From Woeseiaceae bacterium (GTDB taxonomy: Bacteria > Pseudomonadota > Gammaproteobacteria > Steroidobacterales > Woeseiaceae), in NCBI GenBank assembly GCA_028289545.1, contig JANQPG010000048.1, forward strand, positions 200 to 64,199: a stretch of DNA of 64,000 bases. The letters are read 5' to 3'. Each line of letters begins with the position of its first letter. The first letter of the stretch is position 1. Shown here one piece after another: positions 57,694-64,000 of this stretch. The notes beneath the pieces were generated by a model. The model was not told the origin of the DNA, searched no databases, and saw only the letters and a program-made list of their open reading frames with translations. Position numbers and translations under genes: made by a program.

Positions 57694-58689
57694 TTAGATC
57701 TCCTGGCCGAACCACGCGGGCAGTTCGAGCCCCTTGCTGGCGAGGAACTCCGCGTTGAAGAGACGTTCGCGATAGCGCAGCGCGGAGTCGCACAGGATTG
57801 TGACGATCGTGTGTCCAGGGCCCAGGTCGCGAGCGAGGCGCATCGCACCGGCAACGTTGATGCCGCTGGAGCCGCCGAGCACCAGGCCTTCATCGCGAAT
57901 CATCGAGTAGACGATTGGGATTGCCTCGGTATCGGGGACCTGGTAGCTCAGATCGACCGGCGTGTCGGCAAGGTTTGCCGTGATTCGGCTGTTGCCGATG
58001 CCTTCGGTAATCGAGCTGCCGACGATGCGCACCTCGCCTTCGGCGTAGTAGTTGTGCAGACCGGAACCTTCGGGATCGGCGAGCGCAATACGCACCTTGT
58101 CGTTACGCGCTTTCAGGGTCCTGGCGACGCCGCCGAGCGTTCCGCCCGTGCCGACGGCGCAAACGAAACCGTCGATGCGGCCTTCGGTCTGCTCCCAGAT
58201 CTCCACGCCGGTCGTCTGCTCGTGAAACGCCCGGTTGTCCGTGTTTTCGAACTGGTTGGCCCAGAAGCCCCCGAGTTCCTCGGCCAGCCTTCCCGAAGTG
58301 TGCACAAAGTGCTCGGGGTTCTTGTAGGGGACGGCCGGAATCAGCCTGAGTTCGGCGCCGAAGGCCTTGAGCGTGTCGATCTTTTCCCGGCTCTGGTTTT
58401 CGGGCATGACAATGATGCTGCGATGGCCCAGCGCCGCGCCGACCATGGCGAGCCCTATACCCGTGTTACCGGCCGTGCCCTCGACGATCGGCATGCCCGG
58501 GGCGAGCGCCCCCGACTCTTTTGCCGCGAGCACCATGCCGAGCGCCGCACGGTCCTTGACTGAACCTCCGGGGTTCATGAATTCCGCTTTGCCGAGGATG
58601 TTGCAGCCCGTCGCCTCCGAGGCTGTATTGAGGCGTAGCAGCGGCGTGTTGCCGATCTGGTCGATTAGTTTCGTCGATCCCGGTGACAT
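57694..58689 (-). CDS. PLP-dependent cysteine synthase family protein
   Basis: IGNTPLLRLN, NPGGSVKDRAA (PLP lysine), GTGGTLGG. Confidence 0.9.
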   Translation of the reverse strand: MSPGSTKLIDQIGNTPLLRLNTASEATGCNILGKAEFMNPGGSVKDRAALGMVLAAKESGALAPGMPIVEGTAGNTGIGLAMVGAALGHRSIIVMPENQSREKIDTLKAFGAELRLIPAVPYKNPEHFVHTSGRLAEELGGFWANQFENTDNRAFHEQTTGVEIWEQTEGRIDGFVCAVGTGGTLGGVARTLKARNDKVRIALADPEGSGLHNYYAEGEVRIVGSSITEGIGNSRITANLADTPVDLSYQVPDTEAIPIVYSMIRDEGLVLGGSSGINVAGAMRLARDLGPGHTIVTILCDSALRYRERLFNAEFLASKGLELPAWFGQEI

Positions 58690-58871
58690 GACAGATTCCT
58701 TGACGATACGGCTCAACGCTAATCAGCTCCGCGAGTCCCTGCAAGCAAAAAAGCGGGACAGGCGATGCGCTCCGGCCATGCGGAGCGCTATACAAGTCTG
58801 TTCAAAGCGGGCACCATCGAATACGACGGCCGCGCACAGGATCGTCGCGGCAAAGGCGCGCAAGGTTTACG

Positions 58872-59243
58872 ATGACAACACCGCAGGTAACCGTATGGTT
58901 TGACGGCGATTGCCCGCTCTGCACGCGCGAGATTCGCCTGATGCGGCGTCTCGATCGGCGCCGGGCCATTCGTTTTGTCGACATTCACGCGGGCCGAGAT
59001 TGCCCGCTGGACGCGACAACCCTGCTCGCGCGTTTCCATGCGCGTGAGGAAGGCGGACCTATCGTGTCCGGCGCCCGAGCCTTTGCGGCGATGTGGAGAG
59101 CGATCCCCGTACTGCGTCCCCTCGGTCTGCTGGCGAGGAATGCCGCCGTGCTGTGGGTGCTGGAGCGTGCGTACCTGGCCTTTCTCAGGATCAGACCGCG
59201 CTTGTCGCGCGCTTTTCGCCGGCCCGCTCGTCCCGCGGGCTAG
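58872..59243 (+). CDS. DCC-family thiol-disulfide oxidoreductase (DUF393)
   Basis: VWFDGDCPLCTREI. Confidence 0.85.
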   Translation: MTTPQVTVWFDGDCPLCTREIRLMRRLDRRRAIRFVDIHAGRDCPLDATTLLARFHAREEGGPIVSGARAFAAMWRAIPVLRPLGLLARNAAVLWVLERAYLAFLRIRPRLSRAFRRPARPAG

Positions 59244-59265
59244 CGCCGCCGCCGTCCGCGGCGAT

Positions 59266-59571
59266 TCAGTGCAATTTGATGTACATCGCGAGCACCAGCT
59301 GGCAGGCCTCGGTCTCTTTGTTGCGCTCACAGGTGTGCACGACGGCGATCTCGCAGTTGTGATGAATCGGGGTCATGGTCGACGACTCGAGGCTGGAGGG
59401 CAGATCCGGATTCCGGGAGCGCATCTCTTTCACGTTGTCGACAACGCAGCTTTCGAAAGCCCGCTGCAGCAGCTTGTCGTCCGAAACAACGGGTAGTGGT
59501 TTACCGCCGGTGTCGGGCGCGCAGCCGGCGGCGAACGTGACGGTCAGGGCAATCAACAGGTGGCGGAGCAC
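59266..59571 (-). CDS. small Cys-containing lipoprotein, hypothetical
   Basis: MLRHLLIALTVTFAAGC lipobox. 101 aa. Confidence 0.55.
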   Translation of the reverse strand: MLRHLLIALTVTFAAGCAPDTGGKPLPVVSDDKLLQRAFESCVVDNVKEMRSRNPDLPSSLESSTMTPIHHNCEIAVVHTCERNKETEACQLVLAMYIKLH

Positions 59572-59694
59572 GGCAAGAAGTCCCTTTTTTGCGGTGACCG
59601 CAGAAGTTACGTGTGCTGGTCTTCGTTGTCTGTGATCGAGTCGCGACTTTGGGAGTGGCGGCGGCCGGTGTAACCTCCTCGAAACATCGCGACG

Positions 59695-60465
59695 TTATGC
59701 CGGATTCTCTGGGGTGTCTTCCCGCTCGAGAAGCCGGCGGCGTTTGCGGTCGCTGAACACGCCGTGCAGCGGCATCAGGACGGCCAGCAACGAGTACGCC
59801 CAGCCGGGTACCGTTATAGCGTTCCGCGGCGCGAACAACCCCATCAGTATTGCGATGCCGCCGACCGTTGCCATTAGCGTCCACGAAGTCATTTCCGAGC
59901 GTGTCGTGTGACGTTCGATGTCGTTCAGTCCGAGCGCATCGCGCCGCCTCCAGGCGTGCCAGTACAAGGCGAGGACGTTCAGGCACAGCGCCACGAAACC
60001 AACGCTGTAGATCGTAAACATACCGAACAGCTCGTCGAATGAGCGTATGCTCGCCTCCGCGCTGAGGCGCTCGTCGCTGACCCAGGCAACAAAGACCGAC
60101 GTCATGTACTTCATTGGGTACACGTAACACAACATGACGAAGACGAGCAGGAAGCTCAGCGCCATCGACGGGAAATCCTCGAGGCCGTAACGCCGGCTCC
60201 AGTTCCAGTGGCCGTGCCAGAAGATGAACAGGATTGCACACGCCAGGCCAAACGCGGGCACACCCTGCATGGCGGCGGTCAGCTCCGGGTAGCTCGACGG
60301 GATCGAGTCGATCGAGATCACCAGCAAGGTCAGCGAAAACGCGAACGCCGCATCCGTGAAGGTCTCGGTGCGGGTCATCTCGGTGCCGCGCAGCCTGAAG
60401 CCGTTCTTCACCGGCCAGCCGGCAGAACGGGTTTCCCCGGAACTGTCACTGTCTGCCTGTGGCAT
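59695..60465 (-). CDS. TMEM175/DUF1211-family putative K+ channel
   Basis: RTETFTDAAFAFSLTLLV matches the RxxxFSDgvfAIaiTLL signature. About 6 TM helices. ATG 60465 chosen. Confidence 0.8.
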   Translation of the reverse strand: MPQADSDSSGETRSAGWPVKNGFRLRGTEMTRTETFTDAAFAFSLTLLVISIDSIPSSYPELTAAMQGVPAFGLACAILFIFWHGHWNWSRRYGLEDFPSMALSFLLVFVMLCYVYPMKYMTSVFVAWVSDERLSAEASIRSFDELFGMFTIYSVGFVALCLNVLALYWHAWRRRDALGLNDIERHTTRSEMTSWTLMATVGGIAILMGLFAPRNAITVPGWAYSLLAVLMPLHGVFSDRKRRRLLEREDTPENPA

Positions 60466-60665
60466 TTGCCCCTCCGCCGGCCGCAACCCGCAAGAGTCTA
60501 CCTGCCGTTCATGCAAAATGCCGCCCGTTGCTGAAGACCCGCGGCGGGCCTTGTTGTCAGCGGCGGGGTTTCCCGGCAGTCTTCCAGGGCAACGTAATGG
60601 CGCGGTGCCGGGCCCGACAGCACCGCGTACCCCTCAAACCGCGGTTTTTACCGGAGCGCCCGCTC

Positions 60666-61544
60666 ATGTTCCCGGATCAAAGCAGCATCTTAGGCAGGGC
60701 GCCCGTAAGGCGCTCGTTACCGGCCGCCGGGATCGTGCTGACCCTGCTGTTCGTCGCCATGCAGCCGGCGGTCACCGCGGGGCTGGGCGTGTTCGAGCGG
60801 ACCGTGTTCTGGACAATCCACGTCAGCGTCGGCCTTCTTGGGATACTCGTCGCAAGCATGATCATCCGCCACACGGTGTTTGTGCGCTGGCATCGCCTGC
60901 TCGCGATCGTGACGGCCGGTGCCCTCGGCGCGCTGATCGTTGCGCCACTATTTGTTGTCATCGAATCGTTGTTCCCGTTCCCCCTGATCGAAGACGACAA
61001 CGATCCGCTGGACGTGTTTGCCGCACGCGGTCCGGGGCACGCGATACTGGCGGAATACCTCGACGTGCTGCCGATCCTTGTCGTCTCCTGGGCCGCGGTC
61101 AATCTGCCGCTGCTACTCAACTGGCCGGGCGATGGCGACGACCCTCCGGACCCGGGCAACGAAGTGCCGCCCGGGGAGCCGCCGGCCAGCGCCGAGAAAG
61201 TCGAGTTCCTGTCCCGCTTGCCCGGGTCGCTCGGCAACGACATCGTGGCGATATCCTCGGACCTGCATTATTTGCACGTGTTTACGACCAAAGGCCGCGC
61301 AATGGTAATCGGCAGCCTCCGGGACGCCGCGCTGGCGTTTGCCGACGAGGGTATGCTCGTTCACAAGTCCCACTGGGTTCGGCACAACCACGTGGTCCGC
61401 TACGTGGCCGCGGAGCAGCGGGCCGTTTGCATTATGTCGACCGGCATCAAGATTCCGGTCAGCCGCCGCCGCCGAAAGGAAGTCAAGGCCATGTACGGCG
61501 ACCATTCAGCCGTGCGCCTCGCGTCCGTGCACAAGCAGGCCTGA
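60666..61544 (+). CDS. membrane-tethered LytTR-domain DNA-binding protein
   Basis: Four N-terminal TM helices, then the LytTR segment IVAISSDLHYLHVFTTKGRAMV...HKSHWVRHNHV. Confidence 0.8.
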   Translation: MFPDQSSILGRAPVRRSLPAAGIVLTLLFVAMQPAVTAGLGVFERTVFWTIHVSVGLLGILVASMIIRHTVFVRWHRLLAIVTAGALGALIVAPLFVVIESLFPFPLIEDDNDPLDVFAARGPGHAILAEYLDVLPILVVSWAAVNLPLLLNWPGDGDDPPDPGNEVPPGEPPASAEKVEFLSRLPGSLGNDIVAISSDLHYLHVFTTKGRAMVIGSLRDAALAFADEGMLVHKSHWVRHNHVVRYVAAEQRAVCIMSTGIKIPVSRRRRKEVKAMYGDHSAVRLASVHKQA

Positions 61545-61662
61545 CGCCGCCAACTAAAGCTCGGGCACCCGCCGCCGATAACCTACTGGGCTTTGTCCGG
61601 CCCGGGCGCTCTGCCGCCTGCCGGGCCTGCTCGCGGGGTGTCAACAAGACCGGGTTGTGTGT

Positions 61663-64000
61663 ATGTCGCTGGGTAAGAGAGTTGCGTTTGTCAGCCTGTT
61701 GCTGGGCGCCGTGTTTTCTCTCGGAACGTATGCCGTACTGCGGGTTACGATTTTGCCGGCCTTCGGCGACGTGGAGATACGTAGCGCCGAAAAGGATCAG
61801 ATGCGGGTACGATCGGCGCTTGCGGCGGACATGAGTACGCTCGAGGTCTTTGCACTCGAATACGCGTCGTGGACGTCGACTTACGAGTTCGTGCAGGGGC
61901 GGAACCCCGGCTTCGACGAGCGCGAACTCGGCACAAACAGCTGGCACACGGCCGAAGTGCATTTTGCGGCGATATTCGACGAGGAAGGCCGCCTGCGCTA
62001 CAGCTGGATGCGGCATCCGCTGGATCAGCGGTCGCTGAAGGTTGCCGAGGAATGGCCTTTCGACCTCGAGTCGCCCGGGGAGGCGACCCGGCTCGAGAAT
62101 GCGAGAGGTTTCCTGAAGGCGCGTTCCGGGTTGATGCAGATCGTTTCGCTGCCGATACTCAGCAGCACCAGCAGCGGTCCCGAACGCGGGTTTTTTGTTG
62201 CGGGCCGCTTCCTGACAGACAAGCGCATCACGGAGATCGCCCGCCAGGTTACCGCCGACCTTACGATCTACACGCGCGTGGACGGCCACGCACCGCCCGA
62301 AGTACGCACGGCGCGGGACCAGCTCGTGGGCACGATGGAGCCGTATTCTTTCTCGATCGACAAAACGTCGGTGCACCTGTACCAGCTTCTGAACGATTTC
62401 CGCGGCGAGAACATTGGCGTGCTGGAAATGACAACCGAGCGCGTCGTGACGGGCATTGGCGCCACGGCGCTCCGGTTCGCGGCCGTACTGATTGCGCTCA
62501 CCAGCGCTGCGTTCCTGCTGGCGTCGCTCGCGTTCATGCAGTTCCGAATCGTCATGCCGATCAGGCAGCTCATGGACGCCATGCTGCGCACCCGCGAGAC
62601 GGGCGCCTTCGTCGCCGTGGAAGACACGGGCCGCGGGGACGAGATCGGCGCTCTCGGCCGGGAGTTCAACGAGCTGACCGACAAGCTTGCGAAAGTACAG
62701 GTCGAACTCGAGGCGGCCCGCGACGAAGCGCTCGACAATTCGAAGGCGAAGAGCGAATTCCTTGCGCGTATGAGCCACGAGATACGCACCCCCATGAACG
62801 GCATGCTCGGCATGGCCGAGCTGCTCCGTAATACCACACTGTCGGAACGCCAGGCGCGTTTTGTCGACACGATCTACGAATCGGGCTGCACCTTGCTCGC
62901 GCTGATCAACGATATTCTGGATTTTTCGAAGATTGAGGCGGGCAAGCTGGGCATCGAAACGATCGGCGTGGACCTGCGGCAACTTGTTGAGCAGGCGGCC
63001 GAGGCATTCATAGAGCCGGCCGGCAAGAAGGGCATCGAATTGATGACCGCCGTACCGGCGGAAGCCCACACCGCCGTACTGACGGATCCTGTCCGTTTGC
63101 GGCAGGTCATCGTCAATCTGCTCAGCAACGCCATCAAGTTTACCGAGAGCGGAGAGATTACCGTCCGACTGGATCTTCGGGACGTGGGCGACGATCACGT
63201 CGTCGTTCGCATCGACGTATCCGACACCGGCATTGGCATCCGCAAAGAGAACCAGGCGGCGATCTTCGAGTCTTTCACCCAGGAGGACGGCACGACAACC
63301 CGCGTTTACGGCGGGACCGGACTTGGGCTCACGATCAGCCGGCAGATTGTCGAACTCATGGGCGGCGAGCTCCAGCTCAAAAGCGAGCCGGGCGTCGGTT
63401 CGACTTTCTACTTCGAGTTAACGCTCGAGAAGGATACCGAGCAGCCCGGGTCGATGCTGTCTTCGTCGCGCAGTCTTGCCGGCAAACACATTCTCATCGT
63501 CGACGACAACGCGACCAATCGCGAGATCCTCGAGGAAAACCTGTCCAGCTGGCGCGCGGACGTGGTGGCGGCCGACAGCGCGGAGGCGGCGCTGCGGGTT
63601 CTCGAAGAGTCGCCGAGGCCGTTCGACCTCGCCGTGCTCGACTGGCACATGCCGGGCGCCGACGGGCTCGAGCTGGCGCGCCGCATTCGCGCCTCCGGGA
63701 ATCATTCGCTGCCGATCGCGATGCTGAGTTCGCTGGCTAACCGGCTCGAGGAGTCCGATTGCCGCGCGTTGCGGATTGGCGCCGAGATCTCGAAGCCGAT
63801 CCGCCAGAACGAGCTGTTTGACGTACTGTGCGGCGTGCTGCAGCCCGCCGCCGACGGTTCGGGCCGGCGGCGCGTGCCGAAGACCGATCGACGGCTGGAA
63901 GGTAAGGTGCTCCTTGCCGAAGACAATCTCGTCAATCAGACGGTTGCCGTGGCGATGCTCAAACACCTGGGGCTGGATGTAGACGTTGCCGCCAACGGCG
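61663..64000 (+). CDS. hybrid sensor histidine kinase/response regulator (CHASE4-HAMP-HisKA-HATPase-REC-REC), 3' partial
   Basis: Absent from the ORF track because no stop is reached. I translated it by hand from ATG 61663 with no in-frame stop to 64000. EYASWTSTYEFV (CHASE4-like), SHEIRTPMNG H-box, DTGIGI, GGTGLGLTISRQIV, REC ILIVDDNATNREI...LDWHMPGADG, and a second REC beginning VLLAEDNLVNQ. Confidence 0.92.
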   Translation, partial: MSLGKRVAFVSLLLGAVFSLGTYAVLRVTILPAFGDVEIRSAEKDQMRVRSALAADMSTLEVFALEYASWTSTYEFVQGRNPGFDERELGTNSWHTAEVHFAAIFDEEGRLRYSWMRHPLDQRSLKVAEEWPFDLESPGEATRLENARGFLKARSGLMQIVSLPILSSTSSGPERGFFVAGRFLTDKRITEIARQVTADLTIYTRVDGHAPPEVRTARDQLVGTMEPYSFSIDKTSVHLYQLLNDFRGENIGVLEMTTERVVTGIGATALRFAAVLIALTSAAFLLASLAFMQFRIVMPIRQLMDAMLRTRETGAFVAVEDTGRGDEIGALGREFNELTDKLAKVQVELEAARDEALDNSKAKSEFLARMSHEIRTPMNGMLGMAELLRNTTLSERQARFVDTIYESGCTLLALINDILDFSKIEAGKLGIETIGVDLRQLVEQAAEAFIEPAGKKGIELMTAVPAEAHTAVLTDPVRLRQVIVNLLSNAIKFTESGEITVRLDLRDVGDDHVVVRIDVSDTGIGIRKENQAAIFESFTQEDGTTTRVYGGTGLGLTISRQIVELMGGELQLKSEPGVGSTFYFELTLEKDTEQPGSMLSSSRSLAGKHILIVDDNATNREILEENLSSWRADVVAADSAEAALRVLEESPRPFDLAVLDWHMPGADGLELARRIRASGNHSLPIAMLSSLANRLEESDCRALRIGAEISKPIRQNELFDVLCGVLQPAADGSGRRRVPKTDRRLEGKVLLAEDNLVNQTVAVAMLKHLGLDVDVAANG

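Noticed and set aside
56186-57793. 535-aa minus-strand ORF, longer than the plus-strand gene it overlaps
   Set aside because: Its composition (R, V, A, L, with frequent RR runs) is typical of an antisense frame. The plus-strand 453-aa product has a balanced, protein-like composition and sensible gene spacing.
60356-63198. ORFs 60356..61834 (+), 61869..62831 (+) and 61483..63198 (-)
   Set aside because: These are out-of-frame or antisense overlaps of the LytTR gene and the hybrid kinase. They are extremely Arg/Pro/Gly-rich.
1-64000. CRISPR arrays, tRNA/rRNA genes, IS elements, integrases, prophage or toxin-antitoxin modules
   Set aside because: No regularly spaced direct repeats, no cloverleaf-like segments in intergenic gaps, and no transposase, integrase or phage-like ORFs were seen by eye. 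tRNAscan, Infernal or ISfinder would be needed to confirm this.

Overview
High-GC (~63%) proteobacterial chromosomal segment. The gene content (GlyGly-CTERM lipoprotein, KefG/KefB, TonB-dependent receptor, OprO/P-type porin, CHASE4 hybrid kinase) suggests an aerobic, possibly marine Gammaproteobacterium; that taxon is inference only. I call about 59 protein-coding genes at roughly 90% coding density. I saw no rRNA or tRNA genes, no CRISPR array, and no transposase, integrase or phage genes. The content mixes housekeeping metabolism (gcdH, class I aldolase, psd, cysteine synthase), envelope and redox proteins (ApbE, TlpA, DUF1223, OmpW, porin), and many signalling modules: LytS/LytTR, an HK/OmpR pair, REC-PAS-GGDEF-EAL plus Hpt, a membrane LytTR protein and a hybrid kinase. 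Most long ORFs in the track that lie antisense to these genes are Arg/Ala/Pro-rich shadow ORFs typical of high-GC DNA. The track omits one real gene, a CHASE4 hybrid histidine kinase that starts at 61663 and is still open at 64000. The best candidate for an undescribed system is a translationally coupled four-gene operon at 26100-30842, downstream of an HK/RR pair and an AT-rich repeat-bearing promoter. It encodes a DTBS/DUF1611-like P-loop protein, an ABC half-transporter with a degenerate signature motif, a cytoplasmic GxSxG hydrolase and an outer-membrane porin. Other points of interest: an orphan Rieske gene whose Tat motif lies upstream of any canonical start codon; a lipoprotein with both a lipobox and a GlyGly-CTERM signal; a six-repeat DUF5666 lipoprotein operon; a structured 387-nt leader before the c-di-GMP gene; and an AT-rich terminator-capped sRNA candidate. 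All functional calls rest on motifs read by eye. No database search was run.
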